A stretch of DNA of 64,000 bases from Terracidiphilus sp. Lineage in GTDB: Bacteria; Acidobacteriota; Terriglobia; Terriglobales; Acidobacteriaceae. Below are positions 20,698 to 31,095 of the stretch, piece by piece. The position numbers and the translations under genes were made by a program. The notes below the pieces were generated by a model that did no database searches, was not told the DNA's origin, and worked only from the letters and a program-made list of their open reading frames with translations. Position 1 is the stretch's first letter; each line of letters starts with the position of its first letter. The stretch covers positions 82 to 64,081 of the forward strand of contig JBKQLG010000313.1 in the NCBI GenBank assembly GCA_052147235.1, in the 5' to 3' direction.

Positions 20698-21999
20698 ATG
20701 TCTGGCACGGCAATTGCTGTCACTCAGGGTATGGATATCGCTCGCCCAGACTTGTTGCTCAAGAAGAAGCGCCGCCTTGCGGCCTATATCGCCGCCGCGC
20801 TGGTTGTCCTGGCGGTGGGAGTGGTCGTTGTGATGCGGCTCAAGCCGGCTGCGCCTACGGTGGATCGCTCGACCATCTGGCCGGACACGGTCAAGAGGGG
20901 TCCAATGATCCGCCAGGTGCGCGGATCGACCGGCAGCCTTGTGCCGCGCGAGGACTCGATCGAGCTCATTCCCGCGCAGACCGACGCCACCGTCGTTCGT
21001 ATCCGCGTCTTGCCCGGCGCCAAGGTCACTCCGGATACCATCCTGATGGACTTGGCAGACCCGCAACTCGAGCAACAGCTTCTCAGCGCGCAGTTAGCGC
21101 TGAGGGGCGCACAGGCCGACTACAAGAGTCTTCAGGCTACGCTCGAAAGCACATTGATGGACAAAAAAACCGCCGCCGCGCAGATCAATGCCGCCTATAC
21201 CCAGGACCAGTTGCAGGCGAAGACCGACAAGGCTCTCTATGACCTTGGCGTGATTGCCGGCATTGCCTATAGCAATTCAAAGAATACAGCCGACCAATTG
21301 ACCGCTCAGCACAAGCTCAGCCAGGAGCAGCTCGACGTCAACCAGAAGGCGATCGAGGTCCAGCTCGCTTCCCAACAAACGAAAATCGACCAGGCCAAGG
21401 CCCAGCTCGACCTCTATCAGAAGCAGTCGGCGGCGCTTCAGGTCAGGGCTGGGATCTCCGGCGTTCTCGCACAGCTTCCCATTCCGTTGCAGGTGGGACA
21501 GCACGTCACCGCGGGAACCTCGGTGGCTCAAGTGATTCAGCTTGACAAACTCAAGGCCGCTCTTCAGATCGCCGAGACCCAGGCGCGCGACATCCAGATC
21601 GGCCAACCCGCCTCCATTGACACCCACAACGGCATCATTCCCGGTCACGTGATCCGAATCGATCCTTCTGTGCTGAACGGAACGGTCACCGTAGACGTAG
21701 CACTGGATGGACCTTTGCCGCCGGGCGCGCGTCCCGCCCTGAGCGTGGACGGAACCATCGATCTGGAGCGCATGACCGACGTGCTCTACGTGGGCCGGCC
21801 TGCGCTGGGCAACGAGAACTCGACACTCAGCCTCTTTAAGATCGACCCCGATGGCAAGGGCGCGACGCGCGTTCCGGTCAAGGTGGGCCGCGCCTCGGTC
21901 AACAGCATTCAAGTGCTCGAAGGATTGAAGGAGGGTGACACCGTGATTCTCTCCGATATGTCGCGCTGGGACAATGTGGATCGCATCAGCCTGGAATAA
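20698..21999 (+). CDS. HlyD/MacA-type periplasmic adaptor (membrane fusion protein)
   Basis: N-terminal anchor (KKKRRLAAYIAAALVVLAVGVVVV), a long coiled-coil hairpin (QLEQQLLSAQLALRGAQADYKSLQ...) and beta-barrel/lipoyl-like segments. If the sigma-54 element is functional, the real start is the ATG at 20731 (MDIARPDLL...). Confidence 0.85.
   Translation: MSGTAIAVTQGMDIARPDLLLKKKRRLAAYIAAALVVLAVGVVVVMRLKPAAPTVDRSTIWPDTVKRGPMIRQVRGSTGSLVPREDSIELIPAQTDATVVRIRVLPGAKVTPDTILMDLADPQLEQQLLSAQLALRGAQADYKSLQATLESTLMDKKTAAAQINAAYTQDQLQAKTDKALYDLGVIAGIAYSNSKNTADQLTAQHKLSQEQLDVNQKAIEVQLASQQTKIDQAKAQLDLYQKQSAALQVRAGISGVLAQLPIPLQVGQHVTAGTSVAQVIQLDKLKAALQIAETQARDIQIGQPASIDTHNGIIPGHVIRIDPSVLNGTVTVDVALDGPLPPGARPALSVDGTIDLERMTDVLYVGRPALGNENSTLSLFKIDPDGKGATRVPVKVGRASVNSIQVLEGLKEGDTVILSDMSRWDNVDRISLE
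20703..20718 (+). promoter_or_regulatory. sigma-54 (RpoN) -24/-12 promoter at the head of the efflux operon
   Basis: TGGCAC (20703-20708), GGCAA, then TTGCT (20714-20718), an exact match to TGGCAC-N5-TTGCW. It was the only exact match among the TGGCAC/GTGCCA sites I checked by eye. A sigma-54 enhancer-binding regulator is encoded at the 3' end of the same gene train. Confidence 0.6.
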
Positions 22000-22027
22000 C
22001 AGGGACCAGGGACCAGGGACTAGGGAC
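22000..22027 (+). repeat. tandem heptamer repeat (CAGGGAC x3 + TAGGGAC) forming a G3-N4-G3-N4-G3-N4-G3 motif
   Basis: Read directly: CAGGGAC CAGGGAC CAGGGAC TAGGGAC, immediately after the adaptor stop codon (21997-21999) and on the sense strand of the operon. Confidence 0.9.
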
Positions 22028-22067
22028 TATGAAACAGGGAATAACAATCATTTGGAAAGGAGATGAA

Positions 22068-22745
22068 ATGAACAAGAACCGCAGAAATTTTCTTTGCATG
22101 GCCGCAGCCGGCAGCGCATTGTGCGCAACCGGGACCGCCACCGCCTTCTCCGCGCCCAGCAGCGATTCCGGCTTGCTCGACCTCTTTGCAAAACGGCAGT
22201 CGGTGCGGCGCTACAAATCCGACCCAGTTCCGGAGGAGCATCTACGACAGATTCTCGACGCGGCGCGCCGTCCTCCCACCTCGGGCAATCAGCAGCCGTG
22301 GAAGTTCCTGGTCGTCCGAAACAAGGCCACCATCGAGCGTTTACGCGCGCGTAGCCTGCAAGTGTATGAATCGAATTGGCCCAAGGATTTGTCTCCTGTG
22401 GAAAAGGCATCGCGCACAGAACAAGCCACAAAACATTTGGCCGGCTACTTCTCCGCTCCACTCTTCATCGTCGTGCTTACCGATTCGCAATCCATGTATC
22501 CCTCTTACAACCATCACGACGGCCCCTTGGCGGCGGGCTATTTGTGTCTGGCGGCGCGGGCGCTTGGTTATGGAACGGTCTATGTGACCGACGCAATCCC
22601 AGAACAGGCCACGCGAGAAGTGCTGAGTATTCCCGAACGCTACGAGCGCGTCTGCATCACGCCGCTCGGCATCCCCGACGGATGGCCCGAACCGATGCCG
22701 AAGAAGAAGTTTGAGGAATTTGTCGTCTTCGAATCGTTTGCATAG
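22068..22745 (+). CDS. nitroreductase-family flavoprotein with a twin-arginine (Tat) signal peptide
   Basis: The ATG at 22068 follows AAGGAG. MNKNRRNFLCMAAAGSALCATGTATAFSA looks like a Tat signal. The nitroreductase core is RQSVRRYKSDPVPEEHLRQILDAARRPPTSGNQQPWKFLVV. Confidence 0.8.
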   Translation: MNKNRRNFLCMAAAGSALCATGTATAFSAPSSDSGLLDLFAKRQSVRRYKSDPVPEEHLRQILDAARRPPTSGNQQPWKFLVVRNKATIERLRARSLQVYESNWPKDLSPVEKASRTEQATKHLAGYFSAPLFIVVLTDSQSMYPSYNHHDGPLAAGYLCLAARALGYGTVYVTDAIPEQATREVLSIPERYERVCITPLGIPDGWPEPMPKKKFEEFVVFESFA

Positions 22746-22838
22746 GAGTAGATGAGCTTTGCAGCCAGGAGATCGAGTCCCATGCAAAGCGAAAATGGCA
22801 ACCTGTCTGACCACGAACCACGAAATAGGAGAGAGCAA

Positions 22839-23561
<723 letters not shown>

Positions 23562-23563
23562 CC

Positions 23564-26008
23564 TTGTTGCTCCAAAGCACATTTCAGGACTTGCGTTATG
23601 CGTTACGCCAGTTGCGCAAGTCGCCGGGCTTCGCTGCGCTGGTAGTGGGTACGCTGGCCTTGGGCATCGCGGCCAATAGCACTGTCTTCAGTTGGATCAA
23701 CTCAACGCTCTTCAATCCCATTCCCGGTGTTCGTGGCACGGGAAAGATGATCACGCTCCAGCGCGGAGAGAGGAGCGAGCACGCGACCCCGCCCTTCTCT
23801 TACCTGGATTATGTGGACCTGCGCGATGGCTCAAAAACTCTGACCGGTTTGCTTGCCTATCACGATGACTTCGTGGCCATCACCGGCGACGGAAGGCCGC
23901 AGCGCATTTACGCAGCGCTGACCTCCGCGAATTATTTTGAGGTGCTGGGCATCAAGCCCATTCTCGGAAGAACCCTTTTTTCTTCGCAGGCAAACGAACG
24001 CGCCGGCTCAGCGGATGCTGTGCTGGGCTACGATTTGTGGCAGAGCCGTTTTTCCGGCGATCCGGCCATCGTCGGCAAGACGATGCAGATCAACCTTCAC
24101 ACCTACACCATTGTGGGCGTTGTGCCGCGCGGCTTTCAGGGATGCAAAAGCGGACTCCGCACCGAGCTTTGGATTCCTTTGGGCATGGACCGCCAGATCT
24201 GGGGATCGTCGCGCATCGGCGACCGCGGCGTCTCCTGGCTCAATGTGCTGGGCGTGATGCGCCCCGGCATTGACCACCGTCAAGTGGAAAATGAATTCAA
24301 TCTGATGATGCAGCGCATTGCCGATGCCTACCCGGTTTCACATCAAGGCAACAACCTGATTAGCACCGACCCGCTCTGGCGCTCGCCCTTCGGCGCCAAC
24401 GTTTACCTCTATGGAACCTTGTCGATCTTGGTCGCCCTGGCGGCCGTGTTATTGCTGCTGGCCTGCGCCAACGTGGCGAACCTGCTTCTTGTGCACTCGG
24501 TCTCGCGCCGCCGCGAATACGCCATTCGCCTTTCGATGGGTGCAAAGCGCTGGAGGCTGGTCCGCCAGCTTATGGTTGAAAATCTCCTGCTCGCCATGGC
24601 CGGTGGCGGCGTTGCTCTGGCAATCACCTTCTGGACGGCCCGTTCACTGGGTTATTTCCTGACTGGCTCCTCGCTTCCCATCAGTATCAATGGTAGTGTC
24701 GATGGGACTGTCACGCTGGTCACATTCCTCGTTGCCGCGCTCACATCCGTTGTGGCGGGCGTGGTTCCGGCGCTGCGTGCCTCCGCTCTGTCTCCGGCGA
24801 CGGTGCTCAAGGATGAGGCGCTCAACACCTCCGGCGGCCTGCACAAATCGCGCCTTGCCTCCGGACTCGTAGTCCTGCAGGTTGCACTCTCGCTGACCCT
24901 GCTGGTTTGCGCCGGATTGTTCGTCCGCAGCCTCAACAAGGCCCAGGATTCCAATCTGGGCTTCGATGCCAATCATGTCTACTTGGCCTCATTCGATCTC
25001 GATCCGCTGGGATACACCGATGCCAAGGCGCTTGAGCTCGACCGCCAGATTTTGGCGCGTGTCAAGGCGCTGCCCGGCGTTGAATCCGCGACTCTGGCCG
25101 ACTTTTCGCCCCTCAGTTTCAGCATCCACTCCGAGGGTGTAATGCCCGAAGGCTACATTCCCCGTCCGCATGAATCCATAGAAGCGGACCGGGGAATCGT
25201 GGGACCCGGCTATCTTGAAACTCTTCGAACTCCTCTGATTGCAGGGCGCGACTTCACCGATGCGGACAATGAATCGACGCAGCCCGTGGCCATCGTCAAT
25301 CAGGCCTTTGTCAATCGCTACTGGCCGGGCCAGGATGCTATCGGCAAGCGCGTTCAGATTGCCGGCCAGTGGCGCACCGTTGCGGGCATGGCCGCAAACG
25401 GCAAATACCGGCGTCTGACTTACGATGCGGCGCCCCTTGTGCTTGTGCCACTGGCGCAGCGTTACGAGGATCTGCTGACTCTCCATGTGCGTGTCATTGG
25501 CAATCCGACGGCGTACGCCTCATCCATTGACCAGGCGGTCCACGACCTCAGCCCCGAACTTCCCTTGTTCAACGTCACCACTCTCAAGAACAATATGCGG
25601 ATCGGCAATGTTTTTGAGCGCATCGTCGTAGTCTTCGCTGGTTCCTTTGGGCTGCTGGCCTTGTTTCTGGCCGCAGTTGGAATCTATGGAGTGGTTTCCT
25701 ACTCGACCAGGCAGCGCACGCACGAGATCGGCATTCGCATGGCTTTGGGCGCTGCGCGTGGCGACGTCTTCCGCCAGATATTGCGCCAGGGGCTGCGACT
25801 TACCCTGATTGGCCTCACCGCCGGAATCGCCGTCTCGCTGGCCTTTACCCGTTTGCTGCGCGGCCTCCTCTTTGGCGTAGGATCTGCCGACTGGATCACC
25901 TTTGCATCCGTCTCGATTTTGCTCTCTGTCGTCGCGCTGCTGGCTTGCTACGTCCCCGCCCGCCGCGCCGCATCCATTGAACCCATGCAGGCCTTGCGCG
26001 CCGAGTGA
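23564..26008 (+). CDS. ADOP-family duplicated FtsX/MacB-type permease (paralog 1 of 6)
   Basis: 814 aa. N-terminal [19 protein letters not shown] hallmark, two large extracytoplasmic domains each followed by FtsX-type helices, and a C-terminal [17 protein letters not shown] tag. TTG start 2 nt after the NBD1 stop. Confidence 0.9.
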   Translation: MLLQSTFQDLRYALRQLRKSPGFAALVVGTLALGIAANSTVFSWINSTLFNPIPGVRGTGKMITLQRGERSEHATPPFSYLDYVDLRDGSKTLTGLLAYHDDFVAITGDGRPQRIYAALTSANYFEVLGIKPILGRTLFSSQANERAGSADAVLGYDLWQSRFSGDPAIVGKTMQINLHTYTIVGVVPRGFQGCKSGLRTELWIPLGMDRQIWGSSRIGDRGVSWLNVLGVMRPGIDHRQVENEFNLMMQRIADAYPVSHQGNNLISTDPLWRSPFGANVYLYGTLSILVALAAVLLLLACANVANLLLVHSVSRRREYAIRLSMGAKRWRLVRQLMVENLLLAMAGGGVALAITFWTARSLGYFLTGSSLPISINGSVDGTVTLVTFLVAALTSVVAGVVPALRASALSPATVLKDEALNTSGGLHKSRLASGLVVLQVALSLTLLVCAGLFVRSLNKAQDSNLGFDANHVYLASFDLDPLGYTDAKALELDRQILARVKALPGVESATLADFSPLSFSIHSEGVMPEGYIPRPHESIEADRGIVGPGYLETLRTPLIAGRDFTDADNESTQPVAIVNQAFVNRYWPGQDAIGKRVQIAGQWRTVAGMAANGKYRRLTYDAAPLVLVPLAQRYEDLLTLHVRVIGNPTAYASSIDQAVHDLSPELPLFNVTTLKNNMRIGNVFERIVVVFAGSFGLLALFLAAVGIYGVVSYSTRQRTHEIGIRMALGAARGDVFRQILRQGLRLTLIGLTAGIAVSLAFTRLLRGLLFGVGSADWITFASVSILLSVVALLACYVPARRAASIEPMQALRAE

Positions 26009-26034
26009 TTCTTAATAGTCAAGGAGAGAGAACG

Positions 26035-28482
26035 ATGAACACGCTGCTTCATGACCTTCGCTACGCGCTGCGCCAGTTGCGTAAGTCGCCCGGCTTCACG
26101 CTGACCGCGGTCGTCACGTTGGCTTTGGGCATCGGCGCAAACACCGCGATCTTCACCGTCGTCAATGCAGTTCTGCTCAAGCCGCTCGCGTATCCGGACG
26201 CGGATCGCATCGTACAGATCAGCACCACCTACTCCGGCGGCAGTACTTCCGTCGCTTCCATCCCCAAATTTCACAACTGGCATCAGCAGACCAGCATCTT
26301 TAAAGATATGGCCGCCTACGATTTCGCCGGTCCCGGCTTCAACCTCACCGGCGACCGCCCGGAGCAGGTCCACGGCCTCCACGTAACCGAGGGATACTTC
26401 CGCCTCTTCGGCGCTCCCGTCATGCTGGGCCGCACCTTCACTCCACAAGAGGATCTGCCCAACGGCGGCAACGTGGTGGTGTTGAGCTATGGCTTGTGGC
26501 AGCGCAATTTCGGCGGCGATCCAAAGATCGTCGGCAGTTCACTCTCGCTCGGCAATGAGCCTTATACGATCGTCGGAGTTTTGGCGAAGTCCTTCCAATC
26601 CGATCCCGAGGCGGAGATCTGGCTGCCCTTCCAATTCGAGCCCAACAGCACCAATCAGGGCGACTATTTTGAGGTTGCGGGAATGCTCAAGCCCGGCATC
26701 ACGCTGGCCCAGGCAAACGCGCAAATGAAACTAGCTGCCCAGCAGTTCCACCGGGACTGGCCAGCCCGCTCAGAGAAATTCAACGTCGAGCCTCTGCGCG
26801 ACACCATCGTCGGCAATGTGCGCGCCTCGCTGCTTGTTCTGCTTGGCGCGGTGGGCCTGGTGCTTCTCATCGCCTGCGCCAATGTCGCCAACCTACTGCT
26901 CGCCCGCGCCACGGGACGCAAACGCGAGTTCGCCATCCGCTCCGCCCTTGGCGCAGGCCGCGCGCGCATTCTCCGGCAACTGCTCACTGAAAGCGTCCTG
27001 CTTTCCGTCGCGGGAGGCGTGCTTGGCCTCATCCTCGGCTACGAAGGTCTCCGCGCCTTACTCGCCGTCAGTCCTGCCGGCCTTCCTCGCATTGGTGAAA
27101 ATGGCGCCGCGGTGGGGATCGATTGGCGCGTTCTCACGTTTATACTCGCCGTATCGCTCTTCACCGGCATTCTCTTTGGTCTCTTTCCCGCCTTGAATAC
27201 CTCGCGCCTCGATCCCAATTCCGCATTGAAGGAGACAAGCAACCGTTCCGGCACGGGATTCCGACAGAGCAAGGCTCGCTCGCTGCTGGTCATCAGCGAA
27301 GTTTCTCTTGCCATGGTGCTGCTCATCGGCTCCGCGCTGCTGATCCGCACATTCATCGCCCTGCGCGCGGTCAATCCCGGCTGCGATCCCCACAACGTGC
27401 TCACGCTCCAAATGTCGCTCACCGGCGACCGCTATCAGAAGACGGCGGGCGTAGCTCAGCTCTCGCGCGATGGCCGCGAACGCCTCAATTCCATCCCTGG
27501 CGTCGAAGCCTCCGCCTCCGCCTGCTGCCTGCCGCTCGGAGGCGCCTTCACTCTGCCCTTCACTATTGTTGGGCGGCCGCTCGGCAAGGAGACGCAAACC
27601 GGTTTCGCCGGCTGGATGAATGCCTCGCCGGGCTACTTCAACGTCTTCAAGACTCCCATTCTGCGAGGCCGCGACTTAACCGATAGTGATGTTGCCGGCG
27701 CGCCCGGCGTAGTCCTCATCAACCAGGCCATGGCGAAACAGCTCTGGCCCAACCAGAACCCGGTGGGACAGCAAATGATCCTCGGCAAGGGCTTGGGTCC
27801 TCAGTTTGATGAGCCCGCGCGCCAGATCGTAGGCGTTGTTGGAGATATCCACGACGGCGGCCTCAATCGCGATCCGCGCCCCATGATGATTATTCCCGAA
27901 GCCCAGGTGACCGATGGAATGACAGCGATGAATAGCAGCATGGGTCCGGTTGATTGGATCGTGCGCACCCACGGCGATCCGCATCGGCTTATCGCCGCCG
28001 TCACCGAACATTTGCGCCTGGCCAGCGGCGGATTTCCGGTGGCGCACGTTCGGCTCATGGACGAAATCGTAGTCCTCTCTACCGCCCGCGACAGCTTCAA
28101 TATGCTTCTGCTCGCCATCTTCGGCGCTGTTGCGCTAGTTCTGGCCGCCATCGGCATCTACGGCCTCATGGCCTACTCTGTCGAGCAGCGCAAACAGGAG
28201 ATGGGCATCCGCCTGGCTCTCGGCGCGGACCGCAACACGATTCGAAACCTCGTCGTCTGGCATGGCATGAGGCTGGCCATCGCGGGAGCATTTCTGGGTA
28301 TCGGCGCGGCCTTCGGACTCACCCGCCTGATTGCCAGCTTCCTCTTCGGCGTCAAGCCATGGGATCCGATCGTCTTTTGCACGGTGCCGGTGATTCTGAC
28401 CGTCGTGGCCCTGCTTGCCGTATGGCTCCCCGCAACCCGAGCCTCCAGGCTCGATCCCATGCAAGCACTGCGCGCCGAGTGA
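26035..28482 (+). CDS. ADOP-family duplicated FtsX/MacB-type permease (paralog 2)
   Basis: The start [27 protein letters not shown] follows AGGAGAGAG. Same two-module architecture. C-terminus [16 protein letters not shown]. Confidence 0.9.
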   Translation: MNTLLHDLRYALRQLRKSPGFTLTAVVTLALGIGANTAIFTVVNAVLLKPLAYPDADRIVQISTTYSGGSTSVASIPKFHNWHQQTSIFKDMAAYDFAGPGFNLTGDRPEQVHGLHVTEGYFRLFGAPVMLGRTFTPQEDLPNGGNVVVLSYGLWQRNFGGDPKIVGSSLSLGNEPYTIVGVLAKSFQSDPEAEIWLPFQFEPNSTNQGDYFEVAGMLKPGITLAQANAQMKLAAQQFHRDWPARSEKFNVEPLRDTIVGNVRASLLVLLGAVGLVLLIACANVANLLLARATGRKREFAIRSALGAGRARILRQLLTESVLLSVAGGVLGLILGYEGLRALLAVSPAGLPRIGENGAAVGIDWRVLTFILAVSLFTGILFGLFPALNTSRLDPNSALKETSNRSGTGFRQSKARSLLVISEVSLAMVLLIGSALLIRTFIALRAVNPGCDPHNVLTLQMSLTGDRYQKTAGVAQLSRDGRERLNSIPGVEASASACCLPLGGAFTLPFTIVGRPLGKETQTGFAGWMNASPGYFNVFKTPILRGRDLTDSDVAGAPGVVLINQAMAKQLWPNQNPVGQQMILGKGLGPQFDEPARQIVGVVGDIHDGGLNRDPRPMMIIPEAQVTDGMTAMNSSMGPVDWIVRTHGDPHRLIAAVTEHLRLASGGFPVAHVRLMDEIVVLSTARDSFNMLLLAIFGAVALVLAAIGIYGLMAYSVEQRKQEMGIRLALGADRNTIRNLVVWHGMRLAIAGAFLGIGAAFGLTRLIASFLFGVKPWDPIVFCTVPVILTVVALLAVWLPATRASRLDPMQALRAE

Positions 28483-28508
28483 TTCTCAACATTTGAGGAG
28501 AGAGAACG

Positions 28509-31067
28509 ATGAACACGCTGCTTCAGGACATCCGTTACGCGCTGCGCCAGTTGCGCAAGTCGCCGGGATTCACGCTGACTGTAGTGCTTACGCTGGGGCT
28601 GGGCATCGGCGCCAACACGGCCATCTTCACGCTGATTCACGGCATTCTGCTGCGTTCGCTCCCGGTCGCTAATCCCGCGCAACTCTACCGCATCGGCGAC
28701 ACGAACAACTGCTGCGTGGACACCGGATTCCAGAACAGCAATGGCGACTTCTCGATTTTTTCTTACGACCTCTATCTCTATCTGAAGAACGCAGCACCGG
28801 AGTTCGAGCAACTAGCCGCCGTGGAGGCGGGCATGGGAAGCTATAGCGTGCGCCGCGGAGAAGCGCCGGCGAACTCTTTGCGCGGCGAGTTCGTCTCCGG
28901 CAACTACTTCGCCACGCTGGGCCTGGGCGCATACGCGGGGCGCGTCATCGGCGAAAGCGACGACCGGTCTGGCGCAGCGCCAGTCGCGGTGCTCAGCTAT
29001 CGCGCGTGGCAAACCGAGTTCGGCGGCGATCCGTCGATTGTCGGCACCACCCTATCCATCCAAAGCAAACCGTTCACGATCGCCGGCATCGCGCCGCCAG
29101 GCTTCTACGGCGACCGTCTCGAGGCTTCGCCCCCGGCTCTCTGGATGCCGCTCTCCACCGAGCCTCTTGTTCACGGCGGCGAGGAGACGGCGATTCTGCA
29201 TCGCGCCGACTCGAACTGGCTTTATCCGCTGGGGCGCGTGCGCCCGGGTACGAACATCGTCGCTTTGCAGAGCAAGCTTTCGACGGTATTGCGCCAGTGG
29301 CTGATTACGCGTCCGGAATATACCGAAAACGGCCAGTCGGTGGAGATTCCCAAACAGCACGTGGTATTCGAAGCTGCCGGCGGAGGAATTCAGACGATGC
29401 AGCGGAATGCCGGCAATGCGCTCAGGATATTGATGATACTGGCCTCGGTTGTTCTGCTGATTGCCTGCGCGAACGTGGCCAATCTGATGCTGGCGCGGAG
29501 CGCCGGGCGGCGTGGCGAAATTGCCGTGCGCGTGGCTCTGGGCGCTGGCCGGCGCCGCGTCATGCGCCAGATTGTCACCGAGAGCATCCTGCTGAGTTGC
29601 ATGGGCGGCCTGGCCGGATTGGCCGTCGCCTATGGCGGTGCGCGCCTGATCCTGGCCCTCGCATATTCCGGTGCAAAGGATTGGCCCATCAGCTCCAGTC
29701 CGTCGCTGCCGGTTCTGGGTTTCGCGTTCCTGGTGTCGTTGCTGACAGGCCTGCTCTTCGGCTTGGCGCCGGCGGTGATCTCATCCCGCGCACAGCCGGC
29801 CGATGTACTGCGAGGCACGAACCGCGGCGACGGCTCCGCGCGTGACCGCTCCCTGCTGCCGCAGAAATCGCTCGTTGTGCTACAGGCCGCGCTCTCGCTG
29901 GCGCTGCTGGCTGTGGCCATGCTCGTCACCCGTTCGCTGATCAACCTCGAACGGCAGGACCTCGGAGTTGCCACGGCGAATCGCTATGTCTTCGAGATGG
30001 ACCCGTCCGGCGCTGGGTACACCCTCGACCGGCTGCCTGCACTCGATCGCCAGATCGAGGATCGCTTCTCGGCACTGCCCGGCGTGGAGAACGTTGGGTA
30101 TGCCCTTTACAGCCCTCTCTATGATATGTGGGGTTCTCTAGTGGTTCCGCAGGGACATTCCGCTCCCAGGCGGCACGCCGGCTTCGTATCCGCGTGGAAC
30201 CGCGCCAGCACGCATCTTCTCGACTCCATTGGCGTCCCCATCGTGCACGGCCGCGGATTCACCAGCCAGGATACAGCCGCTTCTCCTTTGGTTGCGATCG
30301 TGAATGAGGCTTTCGCCAGGAAGTTCTTCCCGAACCAGGATCCGATTGGCAAGCGCTTCGGCCTCGACGATCCGCGCTACTCGAGCAGTTTTGAGATTAT
30401 CGGCGTCTTCCGCGACTTCAAGACCAACCCGCGCGATACAGCAGGTCCGGTGTTTCTGCGCCCCTTCTCGCAGCAATTCACCGGATACAAGGAATCGGGA
30501 AACATCTCCGCGGAGAATCGCTCCGAGTTTGCCGGAGCGATGGTGATCAGCTTCAAACGCCCGGAGCCGAACGCCGAGACGCTGGTCCGCCGTACCATGG
30601 CCGGCATCGATCCCAACCTGACCGTCACCGGTTTCCGCACGATGCAGATGCAGGTGGATGACAACTATGGAATGTACCGATTGATGGCCCGGCTCACCGG
30701 AATCTTTGGCGTTCTGGCGTTGATGCTAGCCTCGGTCGGTCTCTACGGCGTAATGTCCTACTTCGTCGCCCGTCGCACCGGCGAGATCGGCATTCGCATG
30801 GCGCTGGGCGCAACCCGCGCCAGCGTGGTCAGCATGGTGATGCGCGGCGCGCTCTGGCAAGTTCTCATCGGCTTGGCGTTGGGCCTTCCGGCGGCAATTC
30901 TGGCCGGCCGCCTGCTCGCCAGCGAACTCTATGAAGTAAGCGCCTACGATCCGCTGGTGCTGATCGGCGACACATTGCTGCTCGGGCTTTGCGCTGCCGC
31001 GGCCGGCTACATCCCAGCCCGCCGCGCCGCTTCCATTGAACCTATGCAGGCATTGCGCTCTGAATAG
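28509..31067 (+). CDS. ADOP-family duplicated FtsX/MacB-type permease (paralog 3)
   Basis: 852 aa. [24 protein letters not shown]... C-terminus [17 protein letters not shown]. Confidence 0.9.
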   Translation: MNTLLQDIRYALRQLRKSPGFTLTVVLTLGLGIGANTAIFTLIHGILLRSLPVANPAQLYRIGDTNNCCVDTGFQNSNGDFSIFSYDLYLYLKNAAPEFEQLAAVEAGMGSYSVRRGEAPANSLRGEFVSGNYFATLGLGAYAGRVIGESDDRSGAAPVAVLSYRAWQTEFGGDPSIVGTTLSIQSKPFTIAGIAPPGFYGDRLEASPPALWMPLSTEPLVHGGEETAILHRADSNWLYPLGRVRPGTNIVALQSKLSTVLRQWLITRPEYTENGQSVEIPKQHVVFEAAGGGIQTMQRNAGNALRILMILASVVLLIACANVANLMLARSAGRRGEIAVRVALGAGRRRVMRQIVTESILLSCMGGLAGLAVAYGGARLILALAYSGAKDWPISSSPSLPVLGFAFLVSLLTGLLFGLAPAVISSRAQPADVLRGTNRGDGSARDRSLLPQKSLVVLQAALSLALLAVAMLVTRSLINLERQDLGVATANRYVFEMDPSGAGYTLDRLPALDRQIEDRFSALPGVENVGYALYSPLYDMWGSLVVPQGHSAPRRHAGFVSAWNRASTHLLDSIGVPIVHGRGFTSQDTAASPLVAIVNEAFARKFFPNQDPIGKRFGLDDPRYSSSFEIIGVFRDFKTNPRDTAGPVFLRPFSQQFTGYKESGNISAENRSEFAGAMVISFKRPEPNAETLVRRTMAGIDPNLTVTGFRTMQMQVDDNYGMYRLMARLTGIFGVLALMLASVGLYGVMSYFVARRTGEIGIRMALGATRASVVSMVMRGALWQVLIGLALGLPAAILAGRLLASELYEVSAYDPLVLIGDTLLLGLCAAAAGYIPARRAASIEPMQALRSE

Positions 31068-31095
31068 ACTATTCGCACCTCCGAGGAGAAGAGGA

